Of a DNA stretch of 64,000 bases, positions 20,153-30,675 are shown piece by piece. This stretch comes from a virus, in IMG/VR virus record IMGVR_UViG_3300009079_000013. One strand, given 5' to 3'. Under the pieces are notes generated by a model. The model saw only the letters and a list, made by a program, of their open reading frames with translations, made no database searches and was not told the origin of the DNA. How positions within the stretch are numbered: position 1 is the first letter of the stretch; every line of letters begins with the position of its first letter. A program made the translations under genes and the position numbers.

Positions 20153-20683
20153 TTAATCTTCTGATTCCTCCTCTTCGTCAGTATCGTCAGATGTTTTATT
20201 TGAAAGTTTCATTCCAAACTTTTTAGATGATTTACTGTCTAGTGATATGGAAAAACTTTTAAATTCATCAGCGTCTTCTGGATTGGTTTGAACATAATCT
20301 TTAACTTTTATCATGTCTATTTTTCCATATTTTTCTTTATCCTCATGGAAAAGTCCATCTGCTTCTATCATCTTATCTTCTAATTCCTGAGAAGCATTAA
20401 AGTCTCCTTTAAAGGTAATCGACCAACAATAAAATTTTACATCCTCTTTTCTTTTAGAATAATAATGTGATATATCTTTTATTCGTTGAATAGCGTCAGA
20501 TGCATCTTTATAAGAAGTAGACTGTCCTAGGTTATCTGATGGAACACCAAACTGTATGTCGTTAGGCAATACTTCCATAACAGATTCTATCTTTTTTATA
20601 ATGTTTTCAGAAGAAATTCCTTTTAAGGCCATTTCCTTTTTTTCAAATATAAATTGGCTATACTTAGTTACTAAATTTTTCAT
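20153..20683 (-). CDS. Hypothetical protein with CTS-like leader
   Basis: MKNLVTKYSQFIFE. Confidence 0.55.
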   Translation of the reverse strand: MKNLVTKYSQFIFEKKEMALKGISSENIIKKIESVMEVLPNDIQFGVPSDNLGQSTSYKDASDAIQRIKDISHYYSKRKEDVKFYCWSITFKGDFNASQELEDKMIEADGLFHEDKEKYGKIDMIKVKDYVQTNPEDADEFKSFSISLDSKSSKKFGMKLSNKTSDDTDEEEESED

Positions 20684-20693
20684 CGAATAAATG

Positions 20694-21302
20694 CTATTTT
20701 AGTTTATTTATATTATTTTTATATATTATTTTGTCAAACATCTTCATCATAACAGCCTCGCTTAAAAAGTCTTTATTGTTAATTACGTGAGTATATGAAT
20801 TATTTTTAGTGTTGCATTCTATGTTTTTAATATTATCTTCAAATACTTTATCAAATAGATAATTTTCTTTTGCACTATCTGTAAAGTTATCAAATAAATC
20901 GCTATGATCGCGTTCCTCCTTATTATTTGAAGTTACTCTAATTACATGACAGTTTTCATATAATGTACTATCTAGTAAATTATGCAATTCTTTGTTTAAT
21001 TTATTTACGTTTAACCTATTTCTTAAAATAGACCAAACGTATGCTGAAAAAATTCCTCTATCGAATACTATAACCTTATCTTTTAAAACTGTTTTATGTA
21101 ACTCTAAAATAGTAAGAGTATTAGATATAGTAAAATAATGAAAAGCTTCTTTTGGCTCAATGTCTTCAAAATCTAAGTTTTTCATATGAGACACGTGTCC
21201 ATATTTGTAAAATATTACGTCACCATCTCTTCTAATAGATTTTAGATAGTTTACCATGTGAGTTTTACCAGAGCCCTGTGACCCTTCTATAATTATTATC
21301 AT
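20694..21302 (-). CDS. Thymidylate/dNMP kinase-like P-loop kinase
   Basis: IIIEGSQGSGKT Walker A, VFDRG. Confidence 0.75.
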   Translation of the reverse strand: MIIIIEGSQGSGKTHMVNYLKSIRRDGDVIFYKYGHVSHMKNLDFEDIEPKEAFHYFTISNTLTILELHKTVLKDKVIVFDRGIFSAYVWSILRNRLNVNKLNKELHNLLDSTLYENCHVIRVTSNNKEERDHSDLFDNFTDSAKENYLFDKVFEDNIKNIECNTKNNSYTHVINNKDFLSEAVMMKMFDKIIYKNNINKLK

Positions 21303-21378
21303 TATTGTTTTATTTTACAACTATACTATTACACTATATGTTTTACAAATAAATAACAAAAAAGTTTTACACTTTATT

Positions 21379-21849
21379 ATGAACAAATACATAAAAGTTT
21401 TTGAATATTTTGAAAAAGCAGAGATAAAAGACCTAAAAGCTGGCTCTAGTGGAAATTGGAATTCCATAAGAGATCACATACAGTCTTTAAAAAGCTTTAC
21501 TATAATAAACTTTAAAGATAGAGAAGGTTATTTAGAGTTTTTAACTGATTGTAAAGACGACGTTGTAAAACAGTCTTATTATACTGGCTTTGGAAATGGT
21601 GTAAAAAAATGTCCATCCGTGTTTATTAATCGTAAATTAAAAATAAACGATGATGATTTTGAAAAATATAATTTAATAAATTATTTAGTTGGCAAAGACA
21701 ATAAGCCTAATATATTAGTTAAATCTAAAAAAGAGTCTAATGTGATAGGTAATGAAGTAGTATCTACTCTTTCTCAAAATGAAGTATATCCTGAAGATCA
21801 TTTTAAAATAGATTCTGTATTTTACAAATTCATAAACTTTTTCTCCTAA
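21379..21849 (+). CDS. Hypothetical protein with CTS-like leader
   Basis: MNKYIKVFEYFE; ATAAATA upstream. Confidence 0.55.
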   Translation: MNKYIKVFEYFEKAEIKDLKAGSSGNWNSIRDHIQSLKSFTIINFKDREGYLEFLTDCKDDVVKQSYYTGFGNGVKKCPSVFINRKLKINDDDFEKYNLINYLVGKDNKPNILVKSKKESNVIGNEVVSTLSQNEVYPEDHFKIDSVFYKFINFFS

Positions 21850-21878
21850 CTAGGTATAACATACTAAACTAAAATAAA

Positions 21879-22184
21879 ATGAGTAATAAAGATAAAGATA
21901 TACAACAGGGTTTTTCAGGTATGAATTTTGGTAAAAAATCAAAATTATTTCATGAAATGCCAGATTATAAATCAAGGTCAACTAAGAAACAAGCTCTTAA
22001 CGAACTTAGACAAACTAAAGATGATGCTTACACTAACTCAAATAAAACTGCTTCTCAAGAAGAGTTAAGATTAGAAGCAAAATCATTTATAGATAAAGAA
22101 CATTATCATTTAAATTCAGACTTAAATAGTTCTCAATTCGCAGATGTAATAACTGCTTTAGTAGACTATAAAAATAATCATTAA
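21879..22184 (+). CDS. Hypothetical protein
   Basis: 101-aa ORF after AAAC-N16-GTATAA. Confidence 0.55.
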   Translation: MSNKDKDIQQGFSGMNFGKKSKLFHEMPDYKSRSTKKQALNELRQTKDDAYTNSNKTASQEELRLEAKSFIDKEHYHLNSDLNSSQFADVITALVDYKNNH

Positions 22185-22187
22185 AAT

Positions 22188-23036
22188 ATGTTATTAAAAA
22201 AAGGAAGTATCGGCACTAGAGTAAGAGAATTACAAACTTTATTAAAAATTAAAGTAGATGGGCATTTTGGACCAGCTACAGAAACAGCCGTTGTGGCATT
22301 TCAAAATCAAAGAAATTTAGAACCAGACGGTATCGTTGGACCAAACACTTGGGAAAAATTAAAATCTAGTTTAATTATAAACGAAGTAGAATCAGAAGAT
22401 AACAGAGGGTACGTTTGGATATTAGATAACGGTCACGGAGGAATCATAGATGGAATATACCAAACAGCAGGTAAAAGGTCTCCTAAATGGGAAGATGGCA
22501 CTCAATTATTCGAAGGTGAATTTAATAGAGCAGTTGTAAAAAGGATCATTGAATTATGCAAAGTTGAGGGTATAGAATGCATTAACTTAGTTGATACTGA
22601 AAAGGACCTTTCATTAAGGTGGAGAACTGATGAAGCAAATGATATTTATAGAAAACGTCAACAACTGGATGGTAAGAAATGTATATACGTTTCGGTTCAT
22701 GCAAATGGCTTTAATAAAGAAAGCGCTCACGGATGGTCTGTATATACAACAGTTGGTGAAACTGTTTCAGATAAAATAGCTCAGATTCTATATGAAAAAG
22801 CAAGAGTTGAATTTCCAGATCACAAAATGAGAAGAGATACTAGAGATGGAGATGCAGATAAAGAAGCTAACTTTTGGGTTTTACGTAAAGTTGTAATGCC
22901 ATCTATTCTTTCAGAGAATTTCTTTATGACAAATAGAGAAGAATCTAAATTACAGCTAAGTGAAGAAGGAAGAGATAGAATAGCTAAGATTCATTTTGAA
23001 ATGATAAAAGAAGTTGAACAAAGAAAACTAGTCTAA
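22188..23036 (+). CDS. N-acetylmuramoyl-L-alanine amidase (Amidase_3) with PG-binding domain; likely endolysin
   Basis: DGHFGPATETAV..FQ...DGIVGPNTW PG-binding repeat; LDNGHGG, EGEFN, SVHAN, LSENFF Zn ligands. Confidence 0.9.
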   Translation: MLLKKGSIGTRVRELQTLLKIKVDGHFGPATETAVVAFQNQRNLEPDGIVGPNTWEKLKSSLIINEVESEDNRGYVWILDNGHGGIIDGIYQTAGKRSPKWEDGTQLFEGEFNRAVVKRIIELCKVEGIECINLVDTEKDLSLRWRTDEANDIYRKRQQLDGKKCIYVSVHANGFNKESAHGWSVYTTVGETVSDKIAQILYEKARVEFPDHKMRRDTRDGDADKEANFWVLRKVVMPSILSENFFMTNREESKLQLSEEGRDRIAKIHFEMIKEVEQRKLV

Positions 23037-23050
23037 TTAAAAAATATACA

Positions 23051-23488
23051 ATGGAAAACACAGTTAAAAGTAATACAGATAACATATCTGAAAAATTTAA
23101 AAAAGAAAGAGACCATTACTCTTTAGAAATTCGTAGAAACGTTGAAAAATTAAATAATATACGAGACCTTAAAGAAGTTCAAATATTTTTTCTAAGCGTC
23201 AGACAGCGTCTTCTTGAAGACAATCATACGCTAATAGATACTTTATCTAAGCTAAAGAAATCATATAGACAGAAGAAAGGTAAAGAGTGGGAAAATGTTT
23301 CTAATCAAAATATGAGATATCAATCTCATGAAAAAAAGGTTATTGTAGAAGGAAAAACAACCGAAATGCAAGAAACTGTTGAGGTTATAGAAAATCAAAT
23401 ATCCTTCATGGATGGATCTATAAAAACAGTAGACAATGTTTTATTTGGTTTAAAAACTCGTCTTGATCTAGAAAAACTATTAGGCTAA
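23051..23488 (+). CDS. uvsY: Recombination mediator UvsY-like
   Basis: ~145-aa helical protein directly before uvsW (T4 synteny); C-terminal IKTVDNVLFGLKTRLDLEK. Confidence 0.55.
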   Translation: MENTVKSNTDNISEKFKKERDHYSLEIRRNVEKLNNIRDLKEVQIFFLSVRQRLLEDNHTLIDTLSKLKKSYRQKKGKEWENVSNQNMRYQSHEKKVIVEGKTTEMQETVEVIENQISFMDGSIKTVDNVLFGLKTRLDLEKLLG

Positions 23489-23494
23489 TATTAT

Positions 23495-25204
23495 ATGTTA
23501 AAGTTTAAAGTCTTCAAAACTAGAAATTGTATAAAGTTAGTAGAATGGGATAGCGATTCTGAAAAAGGAAGGTTGCGAGATCATTTTACTAAAAAATCAA
23601 AAGATGGAGATTTTAACGTATTAGTAGATAGAGGTATATGGGACGGAATGGACAATTTTATGTCTAAGGAAAATGAAATACCGATAGGACTTTGGAAAGA
23701 AATATATTCTTTTTCTGAAAAAAATCAAATTAAATGCGAAATATCAGGTCTAAAGGAAACTTTAAATTTAGAATATCAAAAAGAAAACTACACTGAATTT
23801 GTAAAAAGGCTTTTCAATGGTGTAGTTGATGAACATAATAATACCATATATCCTAGGGATTATCAATTTGAAGCAGCGTATAAGGCGCTTCAGTATAAGT
23901 ACTGTACTCAGGAATTAGCGACATCCGCAGGTAAGACTCTAATTTTTTATATTTTTAATTCTTATTTAAAACATACTGGTATAATTAGTAGACATAATAA
24001 AGCGTTGATGATAGTTCCTAATATTTCGTTAGTTGGCCAAACTGAAGAAAAATTTAAAATGTACTCTAATGGATTAGTTAATTGGAATATTTTAATGATA
24101 GGAGGTAGGAATAAGTTCTCAGAAGAGGAATTCAGAGAAGCGGACTTAGTAATATCTACTTATCAAAGCCTTATCAGTTTTGAAGAAAAAAGCTTGGATT
24201 CTCAGTTAACTTCAGCAGTTAAGAAAAAGATGAAGTTAGAGAGACTTAAAAAACCTAAAGAAAAAGAACTTGAAAAAGCAATTAATAAAGTAAGCAATTT
24301 AAAAGAAAAAATAGATTATGCAAAGCTTTTTAGAATGTTTGAATCATATAGTGTAGTTAATGTTGACGAAACTCATAAATCAAGAGGATCTTCTATTTCT
24401 AATATAATATCAGCTTGTAATAATTGGAGATATAAACTGGGACTTTCTGGAACGGCAAAGGTATCTGAAGAATATTCTGATTTCTATAAGATACAGGAAA
24501 AGGTTGGGCCTTTAGTCATGACTCTTTCAGCAAAGCATTTAATTGATCATGGGTACTCTCCTAATGTATCTATTCGCATGGTTTACTTAACATATAATAA
24601 ATCAAACACAGCTGCTCAGGAGTACATTAAAATGAGAAAGAGCCCAGATGAGATTAAAAGAATGTATCGAGATAATAAAGAGTATGGTAGAGAAATGTTA
24701 ACTATTGAAAAAGGAATCATATTTGAAAGTCAAGAGAGATTAGACCTAATAAGCGGCATGATAAGAAAATTCGGTAAGAATACTTTAATTCTCTTCTCAG
24801 ACATTAAAAATGAATATGGTAAGAATATATGCAAGAAACTTCAAGAGTGGAACAAGGACACCTATTACATCGACGGGGGTGTTGAGAGTGAACAGCGAGA
24901 TGAATATAAAGATGCAATGGAAAAAAATGAAGGTGTTATTATAGTTGCTAGTTTTGGTACCTTTGCAACTGGTATTGACCTTAAGAATGTTCATCATATT
25001 GTTTTTTCAGAAACCACTAAAGCTGAAATTACAATTAGACAAGCGATTGGTCGAGGAATGAGAAAGCTTGCAAACAAAAACAAGGTCACCATCTGGGACC
25101 TTGTAGATAAATTAGATGGTTATTCAGTACGTCACTCTGAAGTCAGAGAAAAAATATATACTGAACAATCATTTCCTATTAAGAAACATCAAGTTAGTCT
25201 TTAA
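23495..25204 (+). CDS. uvsW: SF2 DNA helicase UvsW
   Basis: PRDYQ, ATSAGKT, VDETH, GLSGT, TFATGID, QAIGRGMR. Confidence 0.9.
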   Translation: MLKFKVFKTRNCIKLVEWDSDSEKGRLRDHFTKKSKDGDFNVLVDRGIWDGMDNFMSKENEIPIGLWKEIYSFSEKNQIKCEISGLKETLNLEYQKENYTEFVKRLFNGVVDEHNNTIYPRDYQFEAAYKALQYKYCTQELATSAGKTLIFYIFNSYLKHTGIISRHNKALMIVPNISLVGQTEEKFKMYSNGLVNWNILMIGGRNKFSEEEFREADLVISTYQSLISFEEKSLDSQLTSAVKKKMKLERLKKPKEKELEKAINKVSNLKEKIDYAKLFRMFESYSVVNVDETHKSRGSSISNIISACNNWRYKLGLSGTAKVSEEYSDFYKIQEKVGPLVMTLSAKHLIDHGYSPNVSIRMVYLTYNKSNTAAQEYIKMRKSPDEIKRMYRDNKEYGREMLTIEKGIIFESQERLDLISGMIRKFGKNTLILFSDIKNEYGKNICKKLQEWNKDTYYIDGGVESEQRDEYKDAMEKNEGVIIVASFGTFATGIDLKNVHHIVFSETTKAEITIRQAIGRGMRKLANKNKVTIWDLVDKLDGYSVRHSEVREKIYTEQSFPIKKHQVSL

Positions 25205-25239
25205 CTAGCTACCATTGAATTAATTTTTAGTAGCCAGTT
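25203..25239. terminator. Possible bidirectional hairpin between convergent genes
   Basis: AACTAGCTAC ... GTAGCCAGTT inverted repeat with one mismatch. Confidence 0.35.
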
Positions 25240-25242
25240 CCT

Positions 25243-25713
25243 CTACCGCCATGATTGCATAGCAGTTTCCATTTTGCTATAGCTGAAAATAACAGTTATT
25301 TTCATAGGACTTGGTAGACCTTTTGGTTGGTATGCAAATTTGGCAACACATAATGTTTCGTCTGGATCTCTAGAGACTTTGTTTGGTTCTTCTACCAGTT
25401 TACTGGTTAGTCTTAAAGGTTTTCCGTTATAACTAAGCGATATTTTTTCTGCATACTCAAATAACTGAGGGTTCTTTTGATATCTTAGAAATATGTTATT
25501 ATTTTCAGGATTTAGCACAATAATATCTGGCGGACCTAAAGATTTACCTTTACTGTCTTTAACTTCAAATTTCTTATAAGCAGCTGCTCTTTCAGCTGAA
25601 GAGACTTCTCCGACCATTTCCTGTGCAACCATGTCCTTAGTAAGAAGGTCTTCTGAGGCAACTGCTTCATTAATCTTCTGAAATTGAATAAAGTCTTTTA
25701 TATAATTTTTCAT
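25243..25713 (-). CDS. Hypothetical protein with CTS-like leader
   Basis: MKNYIKDFIQFQKINE. Confidence 0.55.
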   Translation of the reverse strand: MKNYIKDFIQFQKINEAVASEDLLTKDMVAQEMVGEVSSAERAAAYKKFEVKDSKGKSLGPPDIIVLNPENNNIFLRYQKNPQLFEYAEKISLSYNGKPLRLTSKLVEEPNKVSRDPDETLCVAKFAYQPKGLPSPMKITVIFSYSKMETAMQSWR

Positions 25714-25733
25714 ACTTTTATTTTTTTATGTTA

Positions 25734-26495
25734 TTATTTATTTGTTTCTATCTTGTCAAAAATTTGCTCAACAATTTTAATGATTGGGTTTCTAACTACA
25801 TCGTCAGGATCTCTTAATTCAACACAACCGAATCCTTCTACATTTTTAAATTTTTCTAATACTATTTCTAAAGAACTATCACTTTTATTTTTAATGTCCT
25901 TTTGTCTAACGTCGCCCATTATTACCATTTTAGAGTTATCCCCTATTCTCGTCATCAGTGTTCTTATGTTATCCATTGATATATTTTGGGCTTCATCTAT
26001 TAATATAATAGAATTGTCAATGCTTCTACCTCTAGCAAATGCTATTGGTACTATTTCTATTACACCTAATTCTATTAATTTTTCCATTCTACTTCTACCT
26101 ATTAGCTTTCTAATATTGTCAGTAAATGATTCCATAATAGGCGCCATTTTTTCTTTTAAGTCACCTGGTAAATGACCTATTTCTTCGCCTTTTAAAGCAG
26201 TGATTGATTTAATTAAGACAATCCTTTTGTACTTAGGTCTTGATTTAATTAGTTTTAAAGCTTCAGAACATGATAAAAAAGTTTTTCCAGATCCAGGAAA
26301 ACCGTTACATATAGTTATCATATTTTGTTTAATTGAATTAACTAATAGTTTTTGATTTGTGGTTTTGCATTTAGTATTTATAGACATTGTTTGAAGAAAC
26401 TTATCTTCTTCTACATTTCTGCTCCATACAAATTCTTCAACTTCTTGAATTTCGGCTTCAGATAGCCTTTTATTTCTTCTGCTTTTTTTACTCAT
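25734..26495 (-). CDS. phoH: PhoH-family ATPase
   Basis: GFPGSGKT, IGHLPGDLKEK, RGRS, IDEAQN, TRIG, GDVRQKD. Confidence 0.92.
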   Translation of the reverse strand: MSKKSRRNKRLSEAEIQEVEEFVWSRNVEEDKFLQTMSINTKCKTTNQKLLVNSIKQNMITICNGFPGSGKTFLSCSEALKLIKSRPKYKRIVLIKSITALKGEEIGHLPGDLKEKMAPIMESFTDNIRKLIGRSRMEKLIELGVIEIVPIAFARGRSIDNSIILIDEAQNISMDNIRTLMTRIGDNSKMVIMGDVRQKDIKNKSDSSLEIVLEKFKNVEGFGCVELRDPDDVVRNPIIKIVEQIFDKIETNK

Positions 26496-26501
26496 GTATA
26501 A

Positions 26502-27056
26502 TTAGTGTATTTTTGATGCTATGACAATTCCTAACATTATCTTAGCATGGTGTAATTGAAAATCTAAATATGAATCTATTGTAATTAATTCATTTACGTT
26601 TAGTTTTTCATCTTTTAACTTCTTATCTAATTCATCTATTTTATTTATAATATCTTCAGAAAGCTCAACTTCGTTCATTTCCTGAAGACCGTTTAACACT
26701 GTTTTAAAAGTATCAGCGTTTTCAGCGGGTGATTTTATCTTTTTTAGAAACGTTTTAGCTTTACGTATAGATGTGAATTTAACTGTCATTGAATTAGAAT
26801 CTAGCCCCTTGTCTATGCTTTTTCTAATCCCGTCTAATACGGTTATGTCTTTAGATATCACATCTAAAAATAGTATATCAGTATCGTAAAAAGATATAAC
26901 TATATCTTTATCTCGATATACATATTTAAAATTAAATAATTCGTCTTCAAATGAATCTTTTTGTTCATTTTCCTCTTCCTCTTCCCCTTTTCCTCCAGAT
27001 ATAATATATTGGTCAAATGGAAAAGATTTTAAAAATGGAAATAATTCGTATAACAT
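26502..27056 (-). CDS. Hypothetical protein
   Basis: Start moved to ATG at 27056 (MLYELFPF) to avoid overlap with the divergent polymerase gene. Confidence 0.55.
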   Translation of the reverse strand: MLYELFPFLKSFPFDQYIISGGKGEEEEENEQKDSFEDELFNFKYVYRDKDIVISFYDTDILFLDVISKDITVLDGIRKSIDKGLDSNSMTVKFTSIRKAKTFLKKIKSPAENADTFKTVLNGLQEMNEVELSEDIINKIDELDKKLKDEKLNVNELITIDSYLDFQLHHAKIMLGIVIASKIH

Positions 27057-27105
27057 ATTTAAAACCTTCTTTAAATTATTTATAAAAGATATTAAATATT
27101 TTATA

Positions 27106-28557
27106 ATGAATAAAGAATCTTTATACAAAAAATTAGACTTAGAACAACTCGCAATTAAACTACTTATTAATTCCATATATGGTGCATTTGGAAATAAGTG
27201 GTTTTATTTCTTTAATGTAGATTTAGCGCAAAGTATAACATTGCAAGGACAAGACCTTATTAAATTTACAATTAAAGCCGTTAACTTTTATTTTAAAGAA
27301 AGGTGGCATTTAGATAACGAGCTTCATAAAAAACTAGGTATAGACAAATATGATATTAAACCTATAAATTCAGAAGCAGCTATTTATACAGATACCGATT
27401 CTATATATGTAGAGTTTGGTTCAGCTATTAATTCTATACAAGGGCTACCTAAATTAACAGAAGAACAATATTTAAAGTTATGTATTAAAATTGATGAATA
27501 CAGGTTAGCTGAATATTTTAATACAGCTTTTGACAAATACGGAAAACATTTTAATACAGTCAATCAACAAAATTTTGAACTTGAAAACTTATCTGCTAAG
27601 GCCATGTGGCTGAAAAAGAAAAACTACGCCCTTAGAGTTTCATATGAACCCAATTCTGATCAAACTCTTTTAAAGGAAAAAGGTAAAGAGTATGATGTAT
27701 TTAAGGGATTAGAAATGATAAAGGGTTCTTATCCAATATGGGCTAGAAATCATTTATCTAAGTTAACAAAAATAATCTTAGAAAAAGGATCGTCTATAAA
27801 TCCAGAGGAGGATCTTATTCCTCTATTTGAATCTATAAAAAAAGAAATGAAATTAAAAACAACTGATGAATTGGCTCAAACATTTAGTTGTAGGGTATAT
27901 AACAAATATGTAAAAAATGAAACTAAGCTAACTTTACTTAAAGGAATCCCTATATATGCAAGAGCAGCTGCTTACTATAATCACCTTTTAGTAATCAACG
28001 AATTAACGGGTAAATATCAAAAGGTTAAAGAAGGTGAAAAAATAAAGTATTATTATCCTAAAGAAAACAATAAGGAATGGGATGTGTTTGCATATTCACC
28101 TGGTAATTATCCAACAGAAGTTGCTCTTCCTTTAGATTATAGTAAACAGTTTTTTTCACTGATAGTTGAGCCTATTAATAGACAATTAGTTGCATTAGGT
28201 TTAACTGAATTCAATGTTCACTTAAAAAGAAATATAAACATGGTTAAAACTGGTTCTAAAAAGCCATTGAGTGACGAAGACAAATATCCTCTTTATATAA
28301 TAAATGAAAAAACATTAGAATACGAAGAGATACCTGAAAGATTTTGGAAAATAATAGGTAATCCTAATGCTGAAATACAAAGTAATGATTTCACAGAATA
28401 CCTAAGTATAATATCTAAATATGGATTAAATACAAAAGTTGTTCCTAATTCCAAACTGCATCCTTTTAGAAAAAGAACAGCTAAGAGATTAAACATAGAA
28501 TTAAAAGAATACTCTTCCAATGAAGATGAACAGCAGCAAGTAGAACTTAATTTTTAA
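27106..28557 (+). CDS. polB: Family-B DNA polymerase, C-terminal subunit (split gp43-like)
   Basis: KLLINSIYG (motif B), YTDTDS (motif C), KKNY; lacks exonuclease domain and motif A. Confidence 0.85.
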   Translation: MNKESLYKKLDLEQLAIKLLINSIYGAFGNKWFYFFNVDLAQSITLQGQDLIKFTIKAVNFYFKERWHLDNELHKKLGIDKYDIKPINSEAAIYTDTDSIYVEFGSAINSIQGLPKLTEEQYLKLCIKIDEYRLAEYFNTAFDKYGKHFNTVNQQNFELENLSAKAMWLKKKNYALRVSYEPNSDQTLLKEKGKEYDVFKGLEMIKGSYPIWARNHLSKLTKIILEKGSSINPEEDLIPLFESIKKEMKLKTTDELAQTFSCRVYNKYVKNETKLTLLKGIPIYARAAAYYNHLLVINELTGKYQKVKEGEKIKYYYPKENNKEWDVFAYSPGNYPTEVALPLDYSKQFFSLIVEPINRQLVALGLTEFNVHLKRNINMVKTGSKKPLSDEDKYPLYIINEKTLEYEEIPERFWKIIGNPNAEIQSNDFTEYLSIISKYGLNTKVVPNSKLHPFRKRTAKRLNIELKEYSSNEDEQQQVELNF

Positions 28558-28560
28558 AAC

Positions 28561-29703
28561 ATGAATATAGATTTAGATACTAATACTACTCTTCCGGAGT
28601 TCTTAAAAGAAGTTATGCTAAATAGATTTCCTGATGATCCCATTAAGCATAAAATAGACGAAGCTAATCCTAAAAAAATAAACTTAGCATGTCCAGTATG
28701 TGGAGATTCTGAAAAAAAGAAATCTAAACGTAGAGGTAATATCTATTTGGAAAGCAATACTTATAAATGTTATAACGATGGATGCATGATATTTATGGAT
28801 CTCGATAAATTTATATCTAGATATTGTCATGAATATAGTTTAATGCCACCTGACCTCTTTATTAAAGGCGGTCTTAAAACAAATGTTAAATCAAGGAAAA
28901 AATTATCTCTTCTTACTTTCTTAATAAATCAAGATTTAAAACATAAGTTGGTTGATTTAGAATACTTTGCAGATAGGTTTTCATTAAATAAAATAGATAC
29001 TAACTCAGCTAATTCAAAATGTTCAAAATACATAATAAGCAGAGAATTAGATAAGTGCGATTCCTTTTCAGAATGTTGCTATGAAGATTCTAAATCTGAA
29101 AAGATATTTATTTTTAATAAAGATAATGTTTCAAACAAAATATTAGGATATTCCGTCAGGTCCATAGACGATAATTATTGGGGCCCTAAATATAAAATGA
29201 TGAACTATTCAGAAATAAATAGAGAAGTTTCTAAATTAGGAATGACCGAAGAAGAGCTAAATGAAATAGATTCTCTCAATAACATATTTAATATATTGAA
29301 TATAGATTTTAAGAAAAAAATAACAATATGCGAAGGTCAATTTGATTCAATGTTTTTACATAATGGTATAGCATCAACCGGTGTAGGTAAAATAAAGGAG
29401 ACTATAGCAATGCTCTCAGAGGACGCTAAAGTTAGGATATTATTCGACAATGACAAAGCTGGAAAAACACAATCTATTAAACTTTTACAAGAAGGATATG
29501 AAGTCTTCATGTGGTCTAAGTTGATAAAAGATTTAAAGAATGACTTCCCAAAACATTTAATAGATATTAAAAAAATAACTGATGTGAATATGCTTTACAT
29601 GTTTTTAATTAAATTAAACTCTTCATTTTTTAGTATAAAAGAGTTTAATAAAACACTAGACTCATATTTTACAAATTCACTGTTTGACATACTATATTTG
29701 TAA
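28561..29703 (+). CDS. DNA primase (T4 gp61-like)
   Basis: CPVCGDS...CYNDGC Zn finger; EGQFDS and FDND TOPRIM motifs. Confidence 0.85.
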   Translation: MNIDLDTNTTLPEFLKEVMLNRFPDDPIKHKIDEANPKKINLACPVCGDSEKKKSKRRGNIYLESNTYKCYNDGCMIFMDLDKFISRYCHEYSLMPPDLFIKGGLKTNVKSRKKLSLLTFLINQDLKHKLVDLEYFADRFSLNKIDTNSANSKCSKYIISRELDKCDSFSECCYEDSKSEKIFIFNKDNVSNKILGYSVRSIDDNYWGPKYKMMNYSEINREVSKLGMTEEELNEIDSLNNIFNILNIDFKKKITICEGQFDSMFLHNGIASTGVGKIKETIAMLSEDAKVRILFDNDKAGKTQSIKLLQEGYEVFMWSKLIKDLKNDFPKHLIDIKKITDVNMLYMFLIKLNSSFFSIKEFNKTLDSYFTNSLFDILYL

Positions 29704-29729
29704 ATAAATAAATAAAAATAACTTTTTAA

Positions 29730-30161
29730 ATGAAAAAATTAGTAAAAACTTTAACAGAATTCAAAAATCACGGATTAAAAAATCCTAAAAAAGCTGATTT
29801 AAATGATGATAATAAACTATCTAGCTATGAAGTAACGAGAGGAAAAGCAATAGAGAACAATATGGGAGAAGGTCCAGATTCAAACAATATGGACGATATA
29901 GCATCCGAATTAAATCTAGCTGAAGAAATCTTAGACGAGTTGATAGAAGCAGTAGGTTCAGAAGAAGATGTTGAAAAAGCTGCAGAAGAAGCGTATAACG
30001 ACTTAAAGGATGCATATGAGTCTGATGAAATAGAAATGATGGAAAAAGAGGGAGTTCCTGAAAATTTAGCAATGTCTGCACTTATTGTAAAATTAGTAGA
30101 ACAAGGAAAATTAGATCCTAAGAAAGCCGATAAATTCATAGGCGATAGCGTAGATGACTAA
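29730..30161 (+). CDS. Acidic hypothetical protein with EF-hand-like loop
   Basis: DLNDDNKLSSYE; CTS-like leader; ATAAATA repeats upstream. Confidence 0.5.
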   Translation: MKKLVKTLTEFKNHGLKNPKKADLNDDNKLSSYEVTRGKAIENNMGEGPDSNNMDDIASELNLAEEILDELIEAVGSEEDVEKAAEEAYNDLKDAYESDEIEMMEKEGVPENLAMSALIVKLVEQGKLDPKKADKFIGDSVDD

Positions 30162-30666
30162 TAAAAACAATAAACCTAAAAGTATAAAAGATACTTTAAA
30201 ACCTAGAAGGGGGAAGATAAGACAGGGTTATTTTATTCCTAAGAATCCTGACAAATACGATGGAGATCTTTCTCAGATAATATACAGATCTAGTTGGGAA
30301 TATAAATTTTTGAAGTTCTGCGACGACAATGAAAAAATATTAAAATATTCATCGGAGCCTGTTGGTATTGCTTATTGGAATCCTGTTACTAAAAAAACAT
30401 GTAAGTATTGGGTTGACGCCTATATAGTAACAAGAGACCCTAATGGAAATATAAAAAAGTGGATACTTGAAATAAAACCTCTCAAATACACTCAACCTCC
30501 TAAGCCTATAAAAAAAATGACTGAAAAACAAATGAAACATTATCTTAGTCATACAAAGGCGTATTTAATAAATAGAGCTAAATTTGAAGCAGCTAAAGAT
30601 TATGCAGATTCAAAAGGTATAAAATTTGGAATAATAACTGAAAACTTTTTGTTTAAGAATTTGTAA
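30154..30666 (+). CDS. Head completion nuclease (T4 gp4, TnsA-like)
   Basis: PKNPDKY, YRSSWE, SSEP, YWVD, EIKP, NRAKFEAA, ITE. Confidence 0.88.
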   Translation: MTNKNNKPKSIKDTLKPRRGKIRQGYFIPKNPDKYDGDLSQIIYRSSWEYKFLKFCDDNEKILKYSSEPVGIAYWNPVTKKTCKYWVDAYIVTRDPNGNIKKWILEIKPLKYTQPPKPIKKMTEKQMKHYLSHTKAYLINRAKFEAAKDYADSKGIKFGIITENFLFKNL

Positions 30667-30675
30667 GATATTACT

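Noticed and set aside
21865-21886. TAAACTAAAATAAAATGAGTAA as another cassette repeat
   Set aside because: Single, diverged and isolated; best explained as a generic A-rich start context, although it may show where the repeat came from.
26502-27176. ORF-track start at 27176
   Set aside because: Overlaps the divergent polymerase start; ATG at 27056 is more plausible.
30154-30666. Tn7-like transposon suggested by the TnsA-like fold
   Set aside because: Motifs and position next to gp2 and portal identify it as T4 gp4; no TnsB or TnsC.
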